Shown here: positions 37,917 through 48,270 of the stretch, piece after piece | Layout of the letters: each line of letters opens with the position of its first letter | How positions within the stretch are numbered: the stretch's first letter is position 1 | From: Heteronotia binoei | Lineage: Eukaryota | Assembly (NCBI RefSeq): GCF_032191835.1 | Contig: NC_083224.1 | Location: 51,708,001 to 51,772,000 of the forward strand | Length of the DNA stretch: 64,000 nucleotides | Direction of reading: 5' to 3' | The notes under the pieces: model-generated | Seen by the model: only the letters and a program-made list of their open reading frames with translations | The model's database searches: none | What the model was told of the DNA's origin: nothing | Translations under genes and position numbers: made by a program

Positions 37917-40900
37917 CTCCCCTGAAATAGTAACCATCCATTTAAAAAGTAAACAAATAGCAACCCTACTTACAATATGCCAGTGCAAAACAACAACAAC
38001 TTCTTTCTGGATCCACAGGCCTGCTCTCTGTCACATTATATTTAATCTAGACTGTACCAAGCAATTCTTTCCAAAGCATTTTGTCATGACCTAGGCTACA
38101 GGGCCAATCCAAACCAGTCCCCCCTGTCCAAAGCATTCTTTTCTAACTGGCATTGGCACCAACCAAGCTGAATTGAGCACTGGGTAAACCAGTGCCTTCC
38201 TTACCCTCTCTTATTTCTGTTATCCACAACACAGCAAAGCTAGACAAATTATGTAAAAGGTGCTCAGGCTCAGCTAGAATTGGCAGCTGTTTGGAAGAGG
38301 ACTGTGGGGAAATTTACACCGAGTCTGGCCTAACACTAAGGGCTACACTGTCCATCTGCTCCTGCATTTGACAGGCTCACTTGGACTGCAGCAGTGCTGA
38401 TGCTTCAGGGTAGGACGCAGAGCAAGGAATGAAACCAGGAGCATTTGTCATTGTTGGAGTTTGTTAACCCTTTTTTGTTGTCTTGTGCTGAGGGAGAGAA
38501 AACAAAAGATCACAGCACTTCAAAAATATATGGTACTCTTGTTATATGTATGGCTATATATTAGTTAAAGAAATTAATTAATTTCAAGCATTTGTATTCC
38601 ACCTTGTGCCCAAGATAAGAAACAATATTGTTTCCTACAGTCACCATTCAGATACTTCAGGGAAGCTCAGCTTCACATCCTGAAGGAAACAGCCCTTCCT
38701 TCTTGGTTGCCACCCAGATCAGATTTTGTGTTCAGATCAGAGTAGCTCTCATTGCTAAAAGATTGAAAAAAATGAAATGAAAAGGGCCAATTCATTTCAT
38801 TCATTTGGATAATAAAAACAAATGTGAAAAAGCCTCAGTGGACAAATATCATTCACTGAGTCTTTGCCATGAAGCTTTCCAGCCTGATGTAGAGAATTCA
38901 AGAAGATCAGAGGGAAGGGGACAGACTTCTCTCTTCATCTTGCACTTACTATGCTGCAGGCTGTGGCTGCTTGGGCAGCAATGGCAGCTGGTTTGTCAGC
39001 AAACAAGCAGGTAGCTTAGTGAGAAGAGCATCTTGGAAATGAAATTTTTGAGATGCTTGACAATGCCCTTAAGGTTTTCTTAAATTGTTCCACAGAGTAT
39101 ACTTTATTACTGCAAAAGTCAGGTGGGTTGGTAAGTTGTACAAGGAATTAAAGAAACATTACCATGCAAAACCAACTAACTCTATGGAAATTGACCAAAT
39201 TACAAGATTTTCAAAGATTAGGGCCATATGGAATGCAAGCAGACATAAGTTTTTCCCAACTTAATCATGATGTATCATCAAAGGATAAGCTGTCAGGGTT
39301 CAAGCCAACTATGTGTATCAACTCCCTATCCCCAAGAAATTTACAGATCCTTTTAGAATCAGGATCAAGATCCTGAGTAATAGAGGAAAAAATAACAGTC
39401 AGAGAGAGAAATGAAGCAAGAGTGATCATCATATTTTCTAATTGCTCAAGAAAAAAATGAGGCATTGCTTGCGATGTGAGCGAGCATTGGTGGCAGCAGC
39501 TTTCCCCTTACCTGGAGAGTAGCATGTACAGGTTGCTGAAAGCCTTCCTAGACCCCTGGGGGAAAATTCCATCAAGGATCCCTCTTCATAAAGAATATTC
39601 AGAGAAACACAATATGAAGAAAGATTCAGGTGGGGAACCATGTTGTTCTGAAGCAGCAGAAGGAAGAGACAGGGGAAAGAGGTGTGTGTACTGTGAGAAA
39701 TGTAAAATAAGGCCCACTGAACTCAGAGGAATGTACTCCTTTTCCATTACTCCATCTCAGCATGCTGAGAAAGTCAGAGATCCTCAAATACAAATATGTA
39801 CGCACCGGAGAAATGAAGGAAGGAACTCGCTAAAGCTTAAGAGAACGCAGCAGGAAAATGTCACAGTAGGAATACAGATTCTCTTAACTATTCATTTAAC
39901 CAGAAAATGTAGCAAATACACTTACTCCAGTCAACTTGCTATGATTTCAATTCAAGCAAAGGGTTAAAGTGAGTCCTTGGTAGCTACAGATGTAGGGACT
40001 TGATCAGCTCACCCTCTGTCAGTGTTTGAATGGCAGTCTCAAGAGAAAGCTGGATCTAGTACATAATGAACAGTATTTATATGAGCATCCATTGCCTGCA
40101 CAGAATATATGCTTGTTGGATGGAAGTGGCAGGAAATGTATTTGCTAAGAGAAGAGAAGTATTTGATTACAAGGCTAATTTGCTTCTTTTTCCTGTCAAT
40201 GAAGATCATATATATTCAGCAAGAATTTGCATTAGTTTAGCTTCCCATCCTTTGGAAAATATGCAGCTGTGGTGCTGATCACATTCCATGGTGACCTTGG
40301 GGCAACTTCCTTGGTTGGGTTGAAGGGCAAAGGTGCTGGGGACCACCAAAAGGCAGGGGGGAAGGGGTTTTCACTGGCACCAGACATGAGATGATTCTGA
40401 TAAAAGATGTCTATAACTTCTCATTCAGGACCCTGGACAGCCACTTATTTATACCAATTCCTGCAGAGAAATGCTGAGAGGTCTGTAGGGCACTGTTTCC
40501 CATTTGCAGGGTCAGGATCTGGTACTGGACCACGGAAGCCTTACTACCAGGTCACAAGGAAAGCCAAAGCTAGTCCCGCCCCCAGCAAAGCATGACCTCT
40601 GTTCTGCTTCCTTCCTCCCCCCGCCATCTCTGTGTTGTGCAGAGAAAAGCTTGCCTTGAAGACTGACACAGTCTGCAAAGCCTGAGCTCTGTTTGACTTC
40701 CTTCCTTTCCCCATCTCTGTGTTGTGCAGAGAGGAGCTGGGCTGCCTCTCCTTCCTTCTCCCCTCTCCCAGTGTTTGAGAGAAAAGCTGGCGTCCAATGG
40801 CACTTTAGATCCATGAAGTGTTCTTCAAGGTATGAGCTTTCATGTGCCTTGCAGTATGTTCTTTTGGGGAGATTTCCCAGGAGGCCTGGGCGGCAAAGAA

Positions 40901-41178
40901 GGGGTGTGTGTTTTTTTCAGCTGGGAGGGGCGGGGAGTGGGCATTCCAGTAGTTAATTTTTTACCTTCTTTCTTTTTCCATCTGCAAGGGATGCTCTGTC
41001 TGTATTCTTGGTGCTGGGGGTGAGGGGAAGCAACAGTGGGAGGGCTTCTAGTGCCCTGGCCCCACTGGTGGACATTCTGGTGCTTTTGGGGCATTGTATG
41101 AGAGAATTTTGGACTGGATGGTCCACTGGTCTGATCAAACATGGCTTCTCTTATGTTCTCTCTTTCCATGTCTTTCCT

Positions 41179-41354
41179 NNNNNNNNNNNNNNNNNNNNNN
41201 NNNNNNNNNNNNNNNNNNNNNNNNNNNNNNNNNNNNNNNNNNNNNNNNNNNNNNNNNNNNNNNNNNNNNNNNNNNNNNNNNNNNNNNNNNNNNNNNNNNN
41301 NNNNNNNNNNNNNNNNNNNNNNNNNNNNNNNNNNNNNNNNNNNNNNNNNNNNNN
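41179..41354. other. Assembly gap (176 N)
   Basis: Run of N. Confidence 1.
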
Positions 41355-43617
41355 TTCTGTTTATCATACTGTTGTTGCAAACATAGGAGTGCTGTCAATG
41401 AAAAATTGGCATCCCCAGTTGTAGCCAGCTGGCCTTTCTTTGAGATTTCTGAGTAAGTGAGTGATAATTAGAGGTGTGGGGCAGAAAGAGATTATTGGAG
41501 ATTACTGCTGTATATCTCAACAGCACTGGAAGTGATGGTACTATGAACTTGGTACCATTTTACTGGTCCTGCTTTTAACAGCTGTCTGACACCAAAATCA
41601 AACTCCTCCTGTAGATATCAAAAAGGATGAAAGAAGTTCACTGGCTAAATATCTGCACAACAGGTTGCTTTTAAAGGCATGGGAAACACCAAGCAAGCTT
41701 GGTTGTAGCTTGAGGCAGGGTTCCAGTAGTAGCAGCTGAAGGAAGGGCCTACTAAATGTGTTAGCATATTTTGAGGTACAGCAGCTGCCAGGGCCCAGTG
41801 TGGGTGGTACATAGTGCTGGCATTCCTGATGGCAATGGCAACAGCACTTCCAACTGCATACACTAGCCAGTGCTGTTGAGGAAGGGGTGTGTAGGTAGTG
41901 CAGGCAATTGAACATGGGCATTAGGAGTGCTTGCAAGCTGGAGAAGAACACACAAACAGATAGGTGCATGCAGGCATGAGGGTGGAAAGAGAGGACCCTG
42001 GGAATGTATGAAAAAATTGCAGACCACCCACCTTCCACCCCCATTTTGGCTCAGCATGAGTTTCAGAGAGATTTTTCTGAAAATGAAGTTATTTCAGAAG
42101 AAGAGGCAGGTTTGGGGGAGTGCCCTGGAAGTGACATCACAGGAAAAGGTAGAGTTTTGGTTTTGGTGGAAGTGACATCACTTGACCCTTGACCTGGAAG
42201 TGACACCTCAGGAAATTACATAATTCCTGGCTCCACCCCCAAAGTCTCCTGGCTCCACCCCCGGATTTTAGTGGGCCATGAAGGAGAAGTGTAAAAATAA
42301 CCAGGCCACAGGAAAGAAAAGTTTGGGAAACCCTGCTGTAGGGCATATGTAAATAGCCCATGAAAAAAACCTACGAGACACTTCCTCCAAACAAAAGAGA
42401 TATTCAAAATATGGGAGGAACTGAATGGAGATAGTGTAAGTTTAGACCTAACTAGGAAGTCAAAACAAACTCAGAAAAAATCCACAAAAGCAAAAAAGGA
42501 AACACAATTATAAATGCATCCGCTAAGTATATAGTCCCTATCAATCTAAATACCTTGTTACTGGCAGAATAAACATCAGGATTCAGCCCTCATTGTTCCT
42601 CCAATGATGACCAGGAACATAATAAAGACCAGGTCTCCTCTTATGGTTTATTGTGTAGGTGTCAAGTCATCCTGCTGGCTGAATTCCAACAGGAAACTGG
42701 GGTTTCATCCTCTTTGCTGGTCATGAGAAGACTCACAGGCCAATCTAAAGGTATGAGAGAAACCACTTATAGGTTGTTTCGCTGTCTGGTGCAGTTTATT
42801 GTGTTATTCCCTGGAGTGTCTCTGTCCTTCTTTCCTGGATGTAATATCTGCCTCCCATTGAGCCTTCCTGCCAGTTGGCTGCACTCGGGGAGGGGGGGGG
42901 GGGTTGCAGCAAAGTATTTTTTTATTAACTCAAAGGAAAAGGGGGTGACTGGCATGTCATCATGGATGCCCACAATATGCTAGCGTCATTCTTGGTTTAA
43001 AACAACATAATGGACATTAGCAGCAGGATGTCTTTGGCATGTGGATAAGAAGAGCATTCTGTATTGCATAGACCTCTCCACTGAATTTTAGCTAGCAAGG
43101 CTGCCCACAGTGACTAGATCAGCTTTAATCTGATAATAGTACTTCTGAAGATTACTCCTCCGTTTGTGATTTAGCCAATATGCTGGTAAGAAAAAATACA
43201 TCCAGCAGTGCCACTCCAAACAATTCTATATTAAACCAAGGCATGCCATTATCCCATAGCATTTTGAATAGAAGCTAAATGAATCTGGGTGTTCCACAAT
43301 GCATTCTTCCATCAATGAAATAAACTATGTTAGAAATTTGCAAAGGAGAAATTGTTTTTTTTCAGTTTATTGGCTATTAAACCATAATTTTGCTGACCTA
43401 ACTTTGTAGGCCTTCCCTTGTATACTCTGACATGCCCCCTGAACATAAAGGGTTGCAAATAATCCATTTCTCTGTGTATTTGTTTTGATGTTTGGGTGGG
43501 TAGGTGTTGCTTTATATTGACTTGAATTGTTTATTGGTGTTTTTATGCTCTTTTGTTGCCATTTTTATTTCAATATGATCTTTTTTATTTTTAACCTGGC
43601 TGTGTAAATATGTGGGC

Positions 43618-44121
43618 TAGGGTTGCCAACCCCCAGGTGGGGGCAGGAGATCCCCCTTTTTGGAGACTTTCCCCCCGCTTCAGGGTCATCAGAAAGCTGG
43701 GAACTCTATTATTCCCTATGGAAATTTATTCCCATAGAAAATCATGGAGAATTGATCTGCGGGTATCTGGGGCTCTGGGGGGCTGTTGTTTGGGGTAGAG
43801 GCACCATATTTTCAGTATAGAATCTAGTGCCTCTCCCCAAAATACCCCCCAAGTTTCAAAAAGATTGGACCAGGGGGTCCAATTCTATCAGCCCCAAAAG
43901 AAGGTGCCCCTATCCTTCATTATTTCCTATGGAAGGAAGGAATTGAAAAGGTGTGCCGTCCCTTTAAATGTGATGGCCAGAACTCCCTTTGGAGTTCAAT
44001 TATGTTTGTCACAGCTTTGATCTTGGCTCCACCCCTAATGTCTCCTGGCTCCACCCCCAAAGTCTCCTGGCTCAAACCCCAAAGTCCCCAGATATTTCTT
44101 GAATTGGACTTGGCAACCCTA
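43618..44121. mobile_element. Non-autonomous hAT element (504 bp)
   Basis: TIR TAGGGTTGCCAA...TTGGCAACCCTA. Perfect 8-bp TSD ATGTGGGC (43610-43617, 44122-44129). Confidence 0.93.
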
Positions 44122-44374
44122 ATGTGGGCTAGTATAAGTGACCTGTGATCTGAGATTTACAGGTCCTAGATTTGATTCCCATCTCTTGTCATGGGCTTGC
44201 TTCATGACCACAAGCTAATCACTTTGGTGTATACATACAAACAAGACCCTATTTTCCTGCAGGAACTTTTATGTATACAGAATTGTGCAGAGAACTGGGT
44301 TGTATATGAATACAGACTGCAGTGTACCTCAATTCATTTATTAGATAGTGCCTGGATTTCCACTTAGTCCACAT

Positions 44375-47323
44375 AATAATAATACATAATATATTTTATT
44401 TATATCCCGCCCTCCCCGCCGAGGCAGGCTCAGGGCGGCTAACAACATCGGTTAATATAACAAGTTATACAGTAAATTAGACAATAGATAACAAATTGAT
44501 TAAAATTCTAAAAACAGTAAAACAATAAAATTAACATCGTGGTGCTATTCCGACAGATAATAAGTCATTTAAGCAGACTCTCAGGTTTTAGTCGGTGAAG
44601 GCTTCGCCAAAGAGGATGGTCTTGCAGGCCCTGTGGAATCGGTCAGAGTCCCACAAGGCCCGCACTTCCTCCGGGAGCTGGTTCCATAAGTGTGGAGCTA
44701 CAATGGAGAAAGCCCAAGTACGGGTACTCTGCAGCTTTACTTCCTTCAGCCCGGGAATAGTTAGCAGGTCCTTCCCTGCTGACCTCAGTGCTCTCTGGGG
44801 TTCATATGGGGAAAGACTGTCCCTCAGGTAGGCAGGTCCTCGGCCATATAGGGCTTTAAAGGTAATAACCAGCACTTTGTAACAAATCCGGTATGTAACT
44901 GGCAGCCATTGCAGTCCGCGCAGCCCTGACTGTATGTGCTCCCATTTTGGGAGCCCCAATAACAGCCTAGCCGCTGCGTTCTGCACCAGCTGCAGCTTCC
45001 GGGTTCGGCACAGAGGCAGCCCCATGTAGAGGGCATTACAGTAATCCAGTCTCGAGGTGACCGTTGCATGAATCACTGTTGCTAGGTCCCGGCGCTCTAG
45101 GAAGGGGGCCAACTGCCTTGCCCGCCTCAGATGAAAGAAGGCTGACTTAGCAGTGGCTGCTATCTGGGCCTCCATTGATAATGAGGGCTCCAGTAGGACT
45201 CCCAGGCTCTTGACCCGGTGCGCCACCTTCAGCGGCACCCCATCAAAAACCGGGAGAGGTATTTCCCTCCCCAGAGCGCCCCGGGCCACGCAAAGGACTT
45301 CTGTCTTCGCTGGATTCAGCTTCAGCCCACTCAGCCTTAACCAGGTTGCCACGGCCTGCTGTGCCAGGTCTAAATTCCTCGGGGCGCAGCCAGGCCAGTC
45401 ATCCATCAGCAGATAGAGCTGGGTGTCATCTGCATATTGTTGACACCCTAGCCCATACCTCCGGGCAATCTGGGCAAGGGGGCGCATATAGATATTAAAT
45501 AGCATCGGTGAGAGAACCGCTCCCTGAGGCACCCCACAATCTAGTGTGCGCCTCTGGGACAGCTCACCCCCGATTGCCACCCTTTGTCCCCAATCCTCGA
45601 GGAAGGAGGAGAGCCATTGTAAGGCCAACCCCCTAACCCCTACGTTGGCGAGGCAGCGGGTAAGTAGCTGATGGTCGACCGTGTCAAACGCGGCCAACAG
45701 GTCTAACAGCATCAGCACCGCCACGCCACCTCGATCTAGATGCCGTTGGAGGTCATCTGCCAAGGCAACCAGCACTGTCTCCGTCCCGTGACCCGGGCAA
45801 AAGCCGGACTGGCAAGGGTCTAGGATGGAAGCGTCATCCAGAAAATCCTGCAACTGCAACGCCACTGCCCTCTCAATAATTTTACCTAAAAACGGTAAAT
45901 TAGAGACCGGTCGGTAGTTTGCCAATTCGGCCGGGTCTGCTGTACTTTTTTTCAGGAGGGGGCGAACCATGGCCTTTTTCAAGGATGTTGGAAAGCGTCC
46001 CTCCAAGAGGGATCTATTTATGATGTCCCGTAAAGGACATCTAAGCTCCCTCTGGCAAGATTTAATTAGCCAGGAGGGACATGGGTCCAGATCGCAAGTT
46101 GTTGGGCGTGCAGAGGAGAGAATTCTGTCAACTTCCTCCAGGCTGAGTGGGTTGAAGTGATCCAGAACTAAACTGGAAGACAGGCACGGAGTCTCCAGTT
46201 CGCATACTGTATCCAATGTGATGGGCAGGTCCTGGCGGAGCGACGTGATTTTGTCTGCAAAAAAATTCGCAAAAGCCTCACAGCCTATTTCTAATTCTCT
46301 AACATTTGGTCTGCCTTGAGGCAGTGTGGTAAGATGTCCAGTTATTCTAAACAATTGTGCTGAGCGCGAATTTGCAGACGCAATCCTGGCCGCGAAGTAA
46401 TCTTTCTTCGCGGCCTTGACTGCCATCTCATAAGACTTCATAAACGTTCTATAGGATGTTCTCGTCGCTTCATCATGAGTGCGCCGCCACTGTCCCTCTA
46501 GTCGTCTGAGCCCTTGTTTCAGCTGTCGTAGCTTCAAGGTGTACCATGGAGCCAGCCTCACACGAGGGCGCAGAGGGCGTCGAGGTGCGATCTCGTTGAT
46601 CGCCCTGGATAGCCGATCTTGCCAGGCATCAACCAGGGCGTCAAGGGAACCGCCAGTGGGCCAGGGATCCCGTAGGGCCATTTGGAACCGTTCCGGGTCC
46701 ATCAGGCTCCACGGGCGAGCCAAAATAGGCTCTCCGCTTTTACAGGGTTGGGGCAGCATCTCCACACGGGCCTTGAGGGCTAGGTGATCCGACCATGGCA
46801 CCGCCTCTGTCGCGATATCGTTCACCCGAATCCCGGACGCAAAGATCAAGTCTAGCATGTGCCCTGCCTGATGCGTAGGGGTCGTAACAAATTGAGAGAG
46901 TCCTAGTGTCGCCATGAAAGACACCAGGTCCAACGCCCGATTGGAGGCTGCGTCATCGGTGTGGACATTGAAGTCACCCAGGACCATAAGCCCCGGGTAC
47001 TCCAACGCCCAGCCTGCCACAGCCTCCATCAGGGATGGTAAGGTGCTGGCTGGTGCGTTAGGCGGACGGTACACCAGCCAGATCACCAACCCCTCTCCGA
47101 CATCCCACGCTAGGCCGGCACACTCAATACCATCGATCTTTGGGGCCGGGAGAGCCCGGAAGGAGTAACCCTCCCGTATGAACAACGCCACGCCTCCCCC
47201 CCGCCCACTAGTCCGCGATTGGTGAAAGACCGAGTAACCGGGGGGGTCATCTGGGAGAGAGCCACCGTCTCCCCCTCTCGCACCCAGGTCTCGGTCACGC
47301 AAGCCAGGTCCACGTCCTGCCAG
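44375..47323 (-). mobile_element. L2-clade LINE, young, 5'-truncated within the endonuclease
   Basis: ORF2 with APE and RT, 3' UTR and (ATT)n tail at 44375. Flanked by an 8-bp direct repeat GTCCACAT (44367-44374, 47324-47331). High CpG content. Confidence 0.95.
44588..47323 (-). CDS. LINE ORF2 (APE endonuclease + reverse transcriptase), one frameshift at the 47240-47246 homopolymer
   Basis: DLACVTETW, GRGGGVA, VYRPP, LGDFNVH, WSDH, YRPVSNLPFLGK, GVPQGAVLSP, QYADDTQLY and SRLDYCN motifs. Confidence 0.93.
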   Translation of the reverse strand: MAGRGPGLRDRDLGARGGDGGSLPDDPPGYSVFHQSRTSGRGGGVALFIREGYSFRALPAPKIDGIECAGLAWDVGEGLVIWLVYRPPNAPASTLPSLMEAVAGWALEYPGLMVLGDFNVHTDDAASNRALDLVSFMATLGLSQFVTTPTHQAGHMLDLIFASGIRVNDIATEAVPWSDHLALKARVEMLPQPCKSGEPILARPWSLMDPERFQMALRDPWPTGGSLDALVDAWQDRLSRAINEIAPRRPLRPRVRLAPWYTLKLRQLKQGLRRLEGQWRRTHDEATRTSYRTFMKSYEMAVKAAKKDYFAARIASANSRSAQLFRITGHLTTLPQGRPNVRELEIGCEAFANFFADKITSLRQDLPITLDTVCELETPCLSSSLVLDHFNPLSLEEVDRILSSARPTTCDLDPCPSWLIKSCQRELRCPLRDIINRSLLEGRFPTSLKKAMVRPLLKKSTADPAELANYRPVSNLPFLGKIIERAVALQLQDFLDDASILDPCQSGFCPGHGTETVLVALADDLQRHLDRGGVAVLMLLDLLAAFDTVDHQLLTRCLANVGVRGLALQWLSSFLEDWGQRVAIGGELSQRRTLDCGVPQGAVLSPMLFNIYMRPLAQIARRYGLGCQQYADDTQLYLLMDDWPGCAPRNLDLAQQAVATWLRLSGLKLNPAKTEVLCVARGALGREIPLPVFDGVPLKVAHRVKSLGVLLEPSLSMEAQIAATAKSAFFHLRRARQLAPFLERRDLATVIHATVTSRLDYCNALYMGLPLCRTRKLQLVQNAAARLLLGLPKWEHIQSGLRGLQWLPVTYRICYKVLVITFKALYGRGPAYLRDSLSPYEPQRALRSAGKDLLTIPGLKEVKLQSTRTWAFSIVAPHLWNQLPEEVRALWDSDRFHRACKTILFGEAFTD

Positions 47324-47515
47324 GTCCACATGGATCACTGTCACTCATTTATATTGCCAGTACAAACCCACAAGAGTCTAATGTGCATAAATGTGTTTGT
47401 CCAGATCTTAGAAGGGTTTTCAGATTAGTAGTTCTTTAAGATTCAGCTCTTTAAGAAAAATAACTCCTCCCACAATAAATATGCCTGCCAAGTCACAACC
47501 CAGAGATTTCCCCTC

Positions 47516-47695
47516 TAGGGCTTTTTTGTATCAGGAACTCCTTTGCACATTAGGCCACACACTCCTAATGCAGCCAATCCTCCAAGAGCTTACAGGGCTC
47601 TTAGTACAGGGCCTGCTGTAAGCTCCAGGGGGATTGGCTACATCAGGGTGTGTGGCCTAATATGCAAAGGAGTTCCTGCTACGAAAAAAGCCCTG
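47516..47695. mobile_element. Palindromic hAT MITE (CAGGGCT family)
   Basis: Same body as 30710 and 58414. TSD degenerate. Confidence 0.85.
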
Positions 47696-48270
47696 TCCCT
47701 CTCTAAATCTATTGCAGAATAGGACAACCACAGCTTTTACCCTGTGCATTTGCCTATGCTTTCATCCTTTCTTTGTCTTCTGTCTGGCATACCTAGAATC
47801 CTGCTCATTACAACAAACAGGACAGAGAAACCAGATCTACCTCCTAATTTGGCAGTATTTGTAAAGGCAAAAAGGGAGGGGTCCTCTGGGATATAACTGA
47901 GCAATTCTGCCAGTGGATAATGGTGTTTTGCAACAGTGGTCTATCCAAGCATATTAGCTACTGCAAGAGATTTTGGATGACTCAAATATGGCTGTGTTGT
48001 TGCAGAGGAAACCATCACAGATGCTAAAAGAATAGTCCACATAGTTGTCCCATGTGCCACAATTAAAGTCTAAGTGACATCTGCACATTTTTCTATTGTC
48101 TCACAAAATCCACTTCAATAAAGGTCTGATAAGAAAGTGAAACGCAACTTTTCAGGGCACCTCGTTCACTCCTCACTGACATACACAGCACATTAAAAGA
48201 ATGATTCTCAAAAGAAGACAACTGTTACACTAATTAAAAGAGGTTGGTTAAAGGAGTGATAGGTGATTAC

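Noticed and set aside
39476-39967. 163-aa plus-strand ORF
   Set aside because: No domain motif and no supporting splice or promoter context. It is antisense to a candidate mini-exon.
40840-41456. Several long ORFs
   Set aside because: Artefacts of translating through the N gap.
42604-42682. Box C (ATGATGA) ... box D (CTGA) spacing suggestive of a C/D snoRNA
   Set aside because: No terminal stem, no evident C'/D' boxes or rRNA-complementary guide, and no evidence of a plus-strand host.
44595-47428. Plus-strand ORFs overlapping the L2 element
   Set aside because: Antisense shadows of a GC-rich ORF2.
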